From assembly GCA_964350645.1 (NCBI GenBank), contig CAYGJY010000002.1:33538-97537 (forward strand): a stretch of 64,000 nt of DNA, written 5' to 3'. The DNA comes from an uncultured Candidatus Saccharibacteria bacterium (GTDB lineage Bacteria > Patescibacteriota > Minisyncoccia > Phycocordibacterales > UBA918). Position numbers and translations under genes: made by a program. The notes below the pieces were generated by a model. The model saw only the letters and a list, made by a program, of their open reading frames with translations. It did no database searches and was not told the origin of the DNA. Positions 8,568-17,936 of this stretch are shown piece after piece. The number at the start of each line of letters is the position of its first letter. The first letter of the stretch is position 1.

Positions 8568-9371
8568 CTATTTCAGTTCGTAACTGATGTTAACCCGAGC
8601 AGTGATAGTGTTCTCTCCAGTAGGTAACTTTGGTGCAATCATACCACCAAAACCACCGTTGTCAGCCGACATCTCCATGGTGGCCATCCTCATTTCAGGC
8701 ATATAACCACCATTAGTATCTTCCCAATAACCAGTAATCCGGCCAAGTTCCATACCCAGGTTTTTAGCTAACTCTTTAGCTTTAGCTCTCGCATCAGCAA
8801 TCGCAGCTTGACGCGCCTGCATCATCAGCTCATCTTCATCATCAATCGTAAACTGCAAGCTACTGATATTGGTAGCCCCTCGTTCACCCACCCCAGAAAT
8901 TAAATCTCCAGAAGCATCGAGGTCACGGACCTTAACGGTCACACTTTGATACACTTCGTAGCCATCAAGCACTTGCTCTCCTCCAGGGCAAACACTGCCA
9001 ACCGGACAAGCAGCTTGTTCCCAGCGATACTTTGGATTGAGATTATAATTATCAGTCTTCACATCCTTCTCTGCTACTCCAGCTTCTTCAAGATACGCCA
9101 GAACAGCATTAATGGCTTTTGCCGACTCTTCCTGTGCGGTAGCCGCATCCTCTCCCTCAGCCTGCACGGAGAATGAGAACGTACCAATATCTGGCTTAGC
9201 TAGCACTTCGCCTTCACCAGCCACCTGAATATTTGCCTCTCCAGTAAAAACGCTTTTTGCTTCTTTGAGAGTTAGATGTGTGTACGCCCCCAATGCCCCA
9301 ACGACTCCAATGAGCGCCAAAGTAAGCAAAACCTGTACATACCCTTTAGACCAAAATGATTGTGTTTCCAT
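8568..9371 (-). CDS. SIMPL (DUF541) domain protein
   Basis: N-terminal TM, V.GEGEV.AKPD, AIADARAKA, GENTITARVNISY. Confidence 0.85.
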   Translation of the reverse strand: METQSFWSKGYVQVLLTLALIGVVGALGAYTHLTLKEAKSVFTGEANIQVAGEGEVLAKPDIGTFSFSVQAEGEDAATAQEESAKAINAVLAYLEEAGVAEKDVKTDNYNLNPKYRWEQAACPVGSVCPGGEQVLDGYEVYQSVTVKVRDLDASGDLISGVGERGATNISSLQFTIDDEDELMMQARQAAIADARAKAKELAKNLGMELGRITGYWEDTNGGYMPEMRMATMEMSADNGGFGGMIAPKLPTGENTITARVNISYELK

Positions 9372-9397
9372 ATATATGAATTATTAACTTACGCCCA

Positions 9398-10330
9398 TTA
9401 TAATCCAAATCGAATAAATAGTCGCTCGATAAAAGAACGTGTGGTCGCTCCACACACCCGTTCAAATTCAAGAATATCGGCCTCGTCCAACACCAAAGGT
9501 TCAGACTGGGCTCCTAGGTACGCAAACAGTACTGCTGTTTCAGTTCCCACATGATCCAGGGACAGAGCATGACCAAGTTCATGTGTTAACAATAACTGTA
9601 ACGATGATTCATTTTGAAATTGATTGATATTAATTGTCCGGTCACGATAGTGCCCCGGCATAAATTCTTGTCTGCCAGCAAACGTATCGTTGTATACCGT
9701 ATTTTTTTGGTTGTACCGTTCGACCAAATCTTGTGATCGTTCACTAATTATATTTATTTGCTTACTCAAATTTCCTAACTGAGCATTAAGTGTATTTATA
9801 GCTGCCTGTTCCTCCTCCAGCCATTGTTGCTCTGTTTCTAAGGCGGCCAGTTCTTCCGGTGAGACTGTCCCAGCTGTTGAAAATACAGCCACCTTCTCAT
9901 CATAGGCATCAAGTCTTTGTAGATGTAGCGAGACTCGATTTTCATACTCAATCCCTAGATTCCTAAATTCAGCTTCCAGTTCTTGATACGTCTGGTCAAT
10001 AGCATCTTGCACACTGAGTGAGGCATCCAGCTTTTGCAACAATGTTTCTTGATCATCAATAAATGCTTGCTGCTCATCGTACACAAAGTTAATTTCAATT
10101 TCCCCCTCTGGCTGATACACAAAAATATCAGCTCCAATGCCTTGTTCCCACACACGTTCAGCATCAGCAATGGCGCTCAGAGCTTCTGTTTCAGATAAGC
10201 CAAAGCGCTCATCGATAAAGCCAATTCGATATGACAGCGGTAGCGCACAAACAGTTTGTGCCTCACGATACATATAAAAACTCGATCCTAAGATCGTGAT
10301 AATTAAAGCTATGGCAAACGGCATTCGCAT
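9398..10330 (-). CDS. matrixin-like zinc metalloprotease with coiled-coil insert
   Basis: HELGHALSLDH zincin motif, N-terminal TM, central heptad-rich helix. Confidence 0.8.
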   Translation of the reverse strand: MRMPFAIALIITILGSSFYMYREAQTVCALPLSYRIGFIDERFGLSETEALSAIADAERVWEQGIGADIFVYQPEGEIEINFVYDEQQAFIDDQETLLQKLDASLSVQDAIDQTYQELEAEFRNLGIEYENRVSLHLQRLDAYDEKVAVFSTAGTVSPEELAALETEQQWLEEEQAAINTLNAQLGNLSKQINIISERSQDLVERYNQKNTVYNDTFAGRQEFMPGHYRDRTININQFQNESSLQLLLTHELGHALSLDHVGTETAVLFAYLGAQSEPLVLDEADILEFERVCGATTRSFIERLFIRFGL

Positions 10331-10441
10331 AGGTATCATGATAGCAAAAAGCTTGCTTTTAAGCAGCACTAAAGCAGTAGACTAGACAAAATAACTTCAA
10401 TAGATTATCTTCAGATATAGAAACGAAACCGGAGGATGGTA

Positions 10442-10915
10442 ATGACCTACGCAGCTGACCGTAAGCGTACTCGTCGCCATCTTTCTAGGATGGTAGGGCG
10501 TAGTAGAAAAGAAGTTCTTTCAGGAAGAAACCCTAGGCTCCATGGGATGCACGGCAACACTCGCGGCGACATCAATGAAAAAAGAGCGCTATCGACGCTT
10601 AAAAAAATCATTGATGACTTATCACCTGAAGCCCGCCGAGCCATTATTGATTTTTGGCAAGTGGCAAAAAATTCACCTCATGACCATTTCGGTTGGGATA
10701 TTATTATTGAAACTGACTTCGGATTGGTTGGTTTTCAAGTAAAAAGCTCTGCGAGTAGCAGACGAAGATTCCTCAAGACGGCACGCTATCAGGGAATCCC
10801 CTGCGTCGTTATAAACGATAAGACGAGCTGTGCTGAATGGCACAAACAAGTAAGCCAGGCATTCATCGCTTGTCTATTAGAACTCATAGAGCGGAAGAAG
10901 GGCCGCCAGACTTAA
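10442..10915 (+). CDS. hypothetical protein with PD-(D/E)xK-like nuclease motif
   Basis: GWDIIIETDFGLVGFQVKSS; GGAGG SD at 10431-10435. Confidence 0.55.
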   Translation: MTYAADRKRTRRHLSRMVGRSRKEVLSGRNPRLHGMHGNTRGDINEKRALSTLKKIIDDLSPEARRAIIDFWQVAKNSPHDHFGWDIIIETDFGLVGFQVKSSASSRRRFLKTARYQGIPCVVINDKTSCAEWHKQVSQAFIACLLELIERKKGRQT

Positions 10916-11011
10916 TTGCATAATTGGTCTGTGCGGTTTTGTCTTTTTAAATACTACTCATACAAACAAAAACGGCGTACCGAAAAGTACACCGTTTTGT
11001 ACAGGTGCTTA

Positions 11012-12019
11012 CTACCACTCAAGTGAACCAGAGTTCTGATACTCAGTCACTTTTGTTTCAAAGAAGTTCTTCTCTTTTGAAACATCCATGATCTCGCTCA
11101 TCCATGGGAATGGATTTTCTTTCATATAGAATTTTGGTAAACCAAGTCGTTCGAAACGCCGATCAGCGATAAACTCAACGTAGTCTTTCACCGCTTGCGG
11201 GTTGAGACCAAGGAAGCCGTTTGGCATTGCATCGTCAACGTAGTTTTGTTCGTGCACAACCGCTTCTTTAATCTTCTCGATAATGTCAGCCTGGAAGCTC
11301 TCAGTCCATGCGTCTGGGTTCTCAGACTTGATTGTGTTAATCAAATCAATTCCGAAAGCCAAGTGCACTGACTCATCACGCAAAATGTACTGGAACTGGT
11401 CACCAATTCCAACCATCTTGTTTTGACGTTTCATTGAGAGAATCATCGCAAAACCAGCATAGAAGAAGATTCCTTCCATGATCACATAGAAACCAATCAG
11501 ATCATGCATAAACTTCTGGATCCCCTCAGTTGAATCAGTCTTGAAGTTAGGGTCAAGCACTGACTGGGTGAAGTTAATTACAAAGTCATCTTTCGCCTTA
11601 ATCGACGGGATTGTCTCATACATGTTGTAAATCTCATCCGGATCAAGACCGAGTGAATCACAGCAGTAAATAAAGGTGTCAGTATGAATCGCTTCTTCAT
11701 ACGCCTGACGCAACATGTACTGGCGGCACTCAGGGTTGGTCACGTGGTTGTAGGCAGCCAAAACGATATTGTTGGCGGTCAGTGACTCAGCGGTAGAAAA
11801 GAAGCCAAGGTTCCACAAGATCATCCGGCGCTCGTCATCAGACAATGCCCCTGGTCCCTGCTTTTTCCACAGCTCGATGTCAAGCTGCATCGACACCTCT
11901 TCTGGTGTCCAGTTATTGTTGACTCCAGCTTTATAATGCTCACGCGCCCACTTATACCGCATCGGTAAAATTTTGTTTGGATCGGTCGTGCTGTTGTTGA
12001 TAATTCCTGATTTATTCAT
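11012..12019 (-). CDS. nrdB: ribonucleotide reductase beta subunit, class Ic (Mn/Fe) type
   Basis: FFSTAES, EEAIHTDTF, EGIFFY, DESVH, NFFE..VTEY. Confidence 0.93.
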   Translation of the reverse strand: MNKSGIINNSTTDPNKILPMRYKWAREHYKAGVNNNWTPEEVSMQLDIELWKKQGPGALSDDERRMILWNLGFFSTAESLTANNIVLAAYNHVTNPECRQYMLRQAYEEAIHTDTFIYCCDSLGLDPDEIYNMYETIPSIKAKDDFVINFTQSVLDPNFKTDSTEGIQKFMHDLIGFYVIMEGIFFYAGFAMILSMKRQNKMVGIGDQFQYILRDESVHLAFGIDLINTIKSENPDAWTESFQADIIEKIKEAVVHEQNYVDDAMPNGFLGLNPQAVKDYVEFIADRRFERLGLPKFYMKENPFPWMSEIMDVSKEKNFFETKVTEYQNSGSLEW

Positions 12020-12151
12020 AGTAGTTATGTGTTGTACACCATTACCTCAATAATAAAATTATGTGGTTTTTAGTGGCGCGTTTCTCGCGCATTAAGGGGC
12101 TAGTAAAGGCGACCGTCTGAGCAGCGTCTCGTGTGTTACAAATTGGGCGAG

Positions 12152-12209
12152 AAGCGGCGCTCGGCGGGGACTGCGTGTCGCGTCACGTAGTCCCAGCCGA
12201 GCGCCGCTT
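12152..12209. other. long near-perfect GC-rich hairpin in the nrdA-nrdB spacer
   Basis: aagcggcgctcggc-g-gggactgcgtg...cacgtagtccc-a-gccgagcgccgctt. Confidence 0.7.
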
Positions 12210-12227
12210 GAGTCCCTCTATTGTACA

Positions 12228-15095
12228 CTACTGACAAGCATCGCAAACCGCTTCTTCCGCAATGTGTAGTTTAATCTGCGGTTGTGCTGGGACTTTGGCA
12301 ACTTCAACAACTTTAGCAGCGTCGATTTGTTCTTTTTGGATTGGTGACGGAGTTGGCATCGGTGACGGAGTAGCAACTGTGCCAACAACGTCGTTACCGG
12401 TTGTCTGTTTCGTCTCATTCTTCTGACGCATCTGGGTACCAGCTGCATCAATGGTTGATTTCTCTACTTGAGAAGCTCCTAGTGACCGCAAATAGTATGT
12501 AGTCTTCACTCCTGCCTCCCACGCATACATATAGAGATCTGAAATTTCTTTACCTGACGTACCAGCGTAGAAGATATTAAGTGACTGTGACTGATCGATC
12601 CACTTTCCACGAGCGGCGGCGGCTTTCACCAACCAACGCATATCAATTTCAAAGGTTTCCTTAAAACGATCTTTTAATTCTTGTGGCACCCGATCAATCT
12701 TTCGCAGCGATCCATCATTAAACTTAATCTCATTAAGCATTTCTTTATCCCAGAGGTTGAGCTTCTTAAGTTCTCGTACCAAGGCATTGTTCACAATAAT
12801 GAAGTCTCCTGAAATATTAGCCTTCACGTAAATGTTCTTATAGATTGGTTCAATTCCAGGGATTGATCCAGCAATATTTGAGATAGTTGCAGTTGGTGCA
12901 ATCGCCATACAATTGCTGTTACGCATACCGTACTGCTTAATTGCTGCCCGCACTGGCGCCCAATCAAGTGACTCAGTCTTATCGGTACCAGTCGGCATAC
13001 CACGGTTTTCTTCGAGAAGAGCGATCGTATCAACCGGAAGAATTCCTCGATCCCACTTAGAGCCGGTGAAACTTTCATATGAACCACGCTCTTTTGCTAA
13101 GTCTGCTGAAGCCATAATCGCTGAATGTGACACAAGCTCCATTGAAGTGTCAGCAAATTGTACACACTCATCTGAATCAAAATTGATACCGAGTTCGTAC
13201 AGTGCATCTTGGAAGCCCATAACACCAAGACCGACTGGGCGGTGCTTCATGTTTGAGTTACGTGCTTCTTTGGTTGGGTAGAAGTTAAGATCGATGACGT
13301 TATCGAGCATACGCATTGCAACAGCAACAGTTGCTTTCACTTTATCAGTGTCGAGTTCCCCTCCCTTGGTGTGGCGCGCTAAGTTAACTGAACCAAGATT
13401 ACACACCGCTGTCTCAGTCTCTGACGTATTGAGCGTAATCTCAGTACAGAGGTTTGAGTTATGTACCACACCGGCATGATCTTGTGGTGAACGAATGTTT
13501 GATGGATCCTTGAAAGTGACCCATGGGTGACCAGTTTCGAAGAGCATACCAATGTGTCGCTTCCAGAGATCACGAGCCTTCATCTTCTTGAAGAGATTAA
13601 TTTCACCTCGTTCTGCCATCGCTTCATATTTTTCGTATAGAGTTTCAAACTCCTTACCGTACGTCTCAGTCAAATCAACCGCTTCGTCTGGTGAAAATAA
13701 CGTCCAATCACCATCTTCTTTCACTCGCTTCATAAAGAGATCAGAGATCCATGAAGCAGTGTTCATATCATGAGCCCGTCGACGTTCATCACCAGTGTTC
13801 TTACGCAGTTCCAAGAAATCAAGAAAATCGTAGTGCCAGTTTTCCATGTATACACAGGTAGCACCGCGACGTCGTCCAGAACGGTTAATCGCAACAGTAA
13901 CGTCGTTAGCAATCTTCAAAAACGGGATAGTTCCTTGTGAAGTGATTCCAGCAGTCTTGATCAAGGCGCCAGTTGCTCGAAGCTTACTCCAAGCAGTCCC
14001 AATGCCTCCCGCCCATTTCGAAAGCTGCGCGTTATCACCAAATACTTTAAAGATGTGATTGAGATCATCTTCCACAACGTTGAGATAACAACTTGAAAGT
14101 TGTGGGTGTGGTGTACCAGCATGAAACAACGTTGGGGTACTTGGTACAAAACTCAAGGTCGACATCACTTCATAAAATTCAATCGCTCGAGCCTCTTTTT
14201 CGGCTTCATTGAGTGCCAATCCCATGGCAATACGCATCCACATATATTGTGGCGTCTCAAGGATTTTGCCAGCTGATGTACGGATGAAATACCGATCATT
14301 GAGTGTCTCGACACCTAGGTACTTAAACAGATCATCTCGCTCTGGCTTGATCGCAGCCGTAATTTTGTCCATGTCAAAATCAAGCATGCTCTCTGCCAGC
14401 TTTTTGTCAGCGACTCCTTCCTTAATATTGCGGGCAAAGGCTGTTTTATATTTGTCTGCAAAATCCTTGTCAGCCACGTCCAAGTTTTCACTGATCGCTT
14501 CATTATAAAGACGCGCACACAACTGACGCGCTGCAGCAGTTGAGTACGCTGGATCGTTTTCAATCCGTGCCCGCAAAACGAGTGTAACAAGCTTAGCAAG
14601 CTCCTTAGTAGAAATACCATCGTATACTTCGCGCTCTACCTGATTCACCACACTCTCCAAATTGACTTCTACTTCAATGCCAGTCAAAAACTTACCAACA
14701 TACTTCATCATCTCTTCTCGAGAAAATTGTTCTTCGCCATCGGCTGTCTTAATCATCAACCGATTCTCCTCAATCTCCTTAACAATCTCATCTTTTCTCT
14801 CTTCAGTCTGGCGAAAGCGGTACAAAATGTATGCTTTAGCAACGTTGAAATAACCACGCTCCATGAGTGTCTCTTCAACTAAATCTTGAACAAACTCAAC
14901 AGTTGGGCATGGCCCTTCGGTAGCGGCTTCGCACTTAGTGACCAGTTTGGCCAGCACACGGTCAACCATTTGCTCAAGTACACGCTCATCAACAGCAACA
15001 GCTTCGGCTGCGAAGGCTTTTTTGATCGCAACTTGCATTTTACCTTGATCAAACGGTACTACCTGACCATTTCTTTTTGTAATCTCTGTAAACAT
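12228..15095 (-). CDS. nrdA: ribonucleotide reductase alpha subunit with ATP-cone(s)
   Basis: ITKRNG ATP-cone, PSTPTL, QLSSC, SNLCTEI, VCNLGS, APTATIS, KTTYYLR, C-terminal CDAC; start 15095 (ATG) or 15116. Confidence 0.96.
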   Translation of the reverse strand: MFTEITKRNGQVVPFDQGKMQVAIKKAFAAEAVAVDERVLEQMVDRVLAKLVTKCEAATEGPCPTVEFVQDLVEETLMERGYFNVAKAYILYRFRQTEERKDEIVKEIEENRLMIKTADGEEQFSREEMMKYVGKFLTGIEVEVNLESVVNQVEREVYDGISTKELAKLVTLVLRARIENDPAYSTAAARQLCARLYNEAISENLDVADKDFADKYKTAFARNIKEGVADKKLAESMLDFDMDKITAAIKPERDDLFKYLGVETLNDRYFIRTSAGKILETPQYMWMRIAMGLALNEAEKEARAIEFYEVMSTLSFVPSTPTLFHAGTPHPQLSSCYLNVVEDDLNHIFKVFGDNAQLSKWAGGIGTAWSKLRATGALIKTAGITSQGTIPFLKIANDVTVAINRSGRRRGATCVYMENWHYDFLDFLELRKNTGDERRRAHDMNTASWISDLFMKRVKEDGDWTLFSPDEAVDLTETYGKEFETLYEKYEAMAERGEINLFKKMKARDLWKRHIGMLFETGHPWVTFKDPSNIRSPQDHAGVVHNSNLCTEITLNTSETETAVCNLGSVNLARHTKGGELDTDKVKATVAVAMRMLDNVIDLNFYPTKEARNSNMKHRPVGLGVMGFQDALYELGINFDSDECVQFADTSMELVSHSAIMASADLAKERGSYESFTGSKWDRGILPVDTIALLEENRGMPTGTDKTESLDWAPVRAAIKQYGMRNSNCMAIAPTATISNIAGSIPGIEPIYKNIYVKANISGDFIIVNNALVRELKKLNLWDKEMLNEIKFNDGSLRKIDRVPQELKDRFKETFEIDMRWLVKAAAARGKWIDQSQSLNIFYAGTSGKEISDLYMYAWEAGVKTTYYLRSLGASQVEKSTIDAAGTQMRQKNETKQTTGNDVVGTVATPSPMPTPSPIQKEQIDAAKVVEVAKVPAQPQIKLHIAEEAVCDACQ

Positions 15096-15404
15096 AACGG
15101 GGTGATTAAGAGCCACTTATATCCATAAGTGGAGTATGGGGTTAATAAACCGCCTCTGAAAAGCTTCAGGGTCGGAAGAGATAATCTCTCGCAGAAATTA
15201 TTGGTGGTGATGTATCTCTGTCAGCGTATTTTTCAATACCGCTAACAAATCATGCGACTGCTACTACGCTGCCGCAGACAATCATTTCTAAGAAAGATTA
15301 CTGCGTCTTTCGGGGTCTTGAACACACTACTCTGCGGCTAACAGAGCACAAATGCGTGCCGTACCTCCGACACACAAAGTTGGAGAGCCTCGTGTGTTAC
15401 CTAG

Positions 15405-15433
15405 ATAGTAGCGCTGCCCTTTTGATTTGTAAA
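15405..15433 (-). promoter_or_regulatory. sigma70-type promoter of nrdA
   Basis: minus strand TTTACA-17 nt-TACTAT; predicted TSS ~15398. Confidence 0.55.
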
Positions 15434-15492
15434 ATAGGCCTAATATACTCTGATTTGTGGATATTCTTTTGCGGCGCTTTGAAAATAGATTG

Positions 15493-15537
15493 AAGAATAG
15501 GGCTGTTTTTTTCGAAGAAAAAAACAGCCCTATTCTT
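15493..15537. repeat. perfect inverted repeat flanked by two DnaA-box-like 9-mers
   Basis: aagaatagggctgtttttttc-gaa-gaaaaaaacagccctattctt; TGTGGATAT at 15456, TGTGGATAG at 15543. Confidence 0.65.
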
Positions 15538-15598
15538 TCCCCTGTGGATAGCCACGTGCTTGTCGCTTGCGCAAGAGAGTGTGTCTGTGGCCTGATAC

Positions 15599-15636
15599 AA
15601 AAAAGAGCGAAATCCTCTCGGATTTCGCTCTTTTTT
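15599..15636. terminator. probable terminator of mscL
   Basis: aaaaaagagcgaaatcc-tctc-ggatttcgctctttttt. Confidence 0.7.
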
Positions 15637-15645
15637 ACCAGTCTC

Positions 15646-16032
15646 TTACCGTCGCAAGTTGTCGCGAATCTCGCGCAACAATACCACTTCTTCACTTGGT
15701 TCTTTTGGCTTTTCTTCTTGTGGTTTTTCAGCTTCTTTCTTTTGCAAGCGTGTCAGTAATTTGACCATCATGAACACCGCAAAAGCGATAACTAAAAATT
15801 CAATAATCGATTGTATAAATACCCCATATGTAATTTCGGCGCTACCAACCATTAGTGACTTGTCAGTAAAGTCGATGCCGCCAAGGACAATCCCGAAAGT
15901 AGGCATGATAATGTTATTGACGAGTGAAGTAGTGATCTTGCCAAACGCTGCACCAATCACAACGGCAACTGCCAGATCAAGCACATTACCCTTCATGGCA
16001 AAGGCTTTAAATTCCTCAAGAAATTTTTTCAT
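15646..16032 (-). CDS. mscL: large-conductance mechanosensitive channel
   Basis: EFKAFAMKGNVLDLAVAVVIGAAF, LLREIRD. Confidence 0.96.
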   Translation of the reverse strand: MKKFLEEFKAFAMKGNVLDLAVAVVIGAAFGKITTSLVNNIIMPTFGIVLGGIDFTDKSLMVGSAEITYGVFIQSIIEFLVIAFAVFMMVKLLTRLQKKEAEKPQEEKPKEPSEEVVLLREIRDNLRR

Positions 16033-16075
16033 ATACTTATAGTTAAATAAATTATTGTGACTGTATTATAGCCTC

Positions 16076-17197
16076 TTAATGATGGTGGTGGCCATGGGAC
16101 GATGTCAGACTTGCCTCGTCAACACCCCGAGTGCCAAACCACCACGCAGCTAACGCAGTGGTCAAAGGTACCGCCAAAATCAATCCGATACTCCCAACAA
16201 TAATCCGGACCAACTCAGCCGCTACCACTTCTTGGTTGAGTGTGAGTGATAACGCTGAATCAGCACGCGCAAATAGAAGCACTAGAGGTAGCGATACTCC
16301 CACGTACGCCAGAGCCAATGTGTTCACGAGTGACCCAACATGATCTCGCCCCACACGAATTGCTCTCGTATACAACTCACGAATATCGAGTTGTGCGTTG
16401 GCTGCCTTCAGTTCTTGCACGACCGATGCTTGGGTAATGGATACATCATCAAGTACCCCCAAAATACCAATAATAATGCTTCCAAGGAGAAGTCCAGCAA
16501 AATCCAATGAACCACCAGTAGAGAAATTCAAATAGACCGATGCATCTGAGCCAAAACCAGTTAAACGCATCAGTGACACAAATGTTGCCGCAATTGCACA
16601 CGTTAGTAACACCGCACTAAACGTTCCACCGAAAGCAATCATCGAGCGCGGGTTGAACCCATGCGTTCCAAACAACACTACCGCCAAAATCGCTCCTGCC
16701 ACCGCTAGACTCACCAAGGCTGGGTTATACCCGGCCAATAGTGCTGGTACAAGCACAAACAAAATCGCTGCCACACTAAGCGCTAACGAGCCAAGGGCGC
16801 GGATCCCCTGCACTCCCGCAAACAGCACTAACAAAAATACAAATAACCCTCCCAAAATCAGCAAGTAATGTCTTCGGTCAACATCCTTAAGCACAAAATA
16901 TTCATCACCATTGATAGTCACTAAGCGATTCAGAAAAACCTCATCCCCCGGTGCCAGGGTGATGAGGTCATTATCAAATTCCACCACCGTCCCCGCACGG
17001 ACGCCAGTCTCAATCAAGGCTCGCACTGTCTGTACGGTAGTGGTGGCTCCCGTACCCGTAATTGAGCGCTCGCGCTCTGCTTCAACCGACACAATCTCAG
17101 CTTCGACTATTTCCTTTAATTCCTGATGTACAGTCTGAGCCGAGACCGGCGAAACCGCTAACAACAAAAACAGCCCAATACCAATCCGTGCCCACAT
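16076..17197 (-). CDS. YibE/F family membrane protein
   Basis: LGVLDDVSITQ, VGRDHVGSLVNTL.LAY, GSIGLILAVP. Confidence 0.9.
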   Translation of the reverse strand: MWARIGIGLFLLLAVSPVSAQTVHQELKEIVEAEIVSVEAERERSITGTGATTTVQTVRALIETGVRAGTVVEFDNDLITLAPGDEVFLNRLVTINGDEYFVLKDVDRRHYLLILGGLFVFLLVLFAGVQGIRALGSLALSVAAILFVLVPALLAGYNPALVSLAVAGAILAVVLFGTHGFNPRSMIAFGGTFSAVLLTCAIAATFVSLMRLTGFGSDASVYLNFSTGGSLDFAGLLLGSIIIGILGVLDDVSITQASVVQELKAANAQLDIRELYTRAIRVGRDHVGSLVNTLALAYVGVSLPLVLLFARADSALSLTLNQEVVAAELVRIIVGSIGLILAVPLTTALAAWWFGTRGVDEASLTSSHGHHHH

Positions 17198-17199
17198 AC

Positions 17200-17301
17200 C
17201 TATCCGATTAAATCGATAATGAATGGTGCTAAATAAAATCCCAAAGCCCCACCGAGCGCAAACGTAAAGAAGGTGGCAACGATTCTTGATTCTTTATCCA
17301 T
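17200..17301 (-). CDS. small single-TM protein (33 aa)
   Basis: Manual: MDKESRIVATFFTFALGGALGFYLAPFIIDLIG*, stop 2 nt before the YibE/F start. Confidence 0.55.
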   Translation of the reverse strand: MDKESRIVATFFTFALGGALGFYLAPFIIDLIG

Positions 17302-17350
17302 TGCTATATCTTACTCTGTAATCGGAAACAGTGCATCTGAGGTCGAGCAA

Positions 17351-17845
17351 TTAAAATTTTAGTTTCGCTCCACGCAATAATTCAAAGCCGCGTTTCACAT
17401 TATTAAATTCAGGATCAGTCTCTCCTCCAATTGCTTCTCTAATTTCTTCATAATCAAGACCATCAAACCAGACAAATTCTGAGTGATCTTCTGGATTTAG
17501 TTTAATATTTTCCAGTGGCTCAGCTAGCCGAGCAAAGTACACCACTTCAATTGAGTGCGAACCCTTCAATTCGTTCTGATAATCAAACACTGCAAACGGA
17601 TCTCCTACCTGTATATCGACACCAAATTCCTCGCGTATCTCCCTCTTCAATCCTGCAACAACATTCTCACCATAATCAATATGCCCGCCAGGTAACTCTA
17701 ACTTATCTGGCAAAAACTTCTTCGTTGCTGCTCGTTTCGGCAAAAACACTTTTTCCGCCCCATCAAAATTATGGTGAATAAAAGCACAGGCAGTAATCAC
17801 CTGTTGTCCTTCTTTTGGAACTTCGCTATCGTGAGATACTTTCAT
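17351..17845 (-). CDS. NUDIX hydrolase
   Basis: ELPGGHIDYGENVVAGLKREIREEFG Nudix box. Confidence 0.9.
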   Translation of the reverse strand: MKVSHDSEVPKEGQQVITACAFIHHNFDGAEKVFLPKRAATKKFLPDKLELPGGHIDYGENVVAGLKREIREEFGVDIQVGDPFAVFDYQNELKGSHSIEVVYFARLAEPLENIKLNPEDHSEFVWFDGLDYEEIREAIGGETDPEFNNVKRGFELLRGAKLKF

Positions 17846-17936
17846 AGAAATACTGTATCACACTCGACTTTTAAGCTAAAAATAGGTATAGTTTTGCCCA
17901 CTGATGACGGCGAGCTTCGCTCGCCGTCCAGGAAAT

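Noticed and set aside
11012-15116. Intron or intein in nrdA/nrdB
   Set aside because: Both ORFs are continuous and of ordinary size; the extra nrdA length is N-terminal ATP-cone region and a Pro/Thr-rich C-terminal linker
15397-15414. NrdR box overlapping the nrdA -10
   Set aside because: Partial palindrome only; it does not fit the 16-bp consensus at several conserved positions
15327-15764. ORF-track ORFs in the nrdA-mscL spacer
   Set aside because: They run through palindromes and promoter elements and have no protein-like motifs
17901-17935. Possible hammerhead ribozyme (CTGATGA ... GAAA) upstream of tRNA-His
   Set aside because: The GA of CTGATGA is part of a perfect 10-bp hairpin, extra bases separate the stem from GAAA, and I find no stems I/III; it fits the common hairpin family
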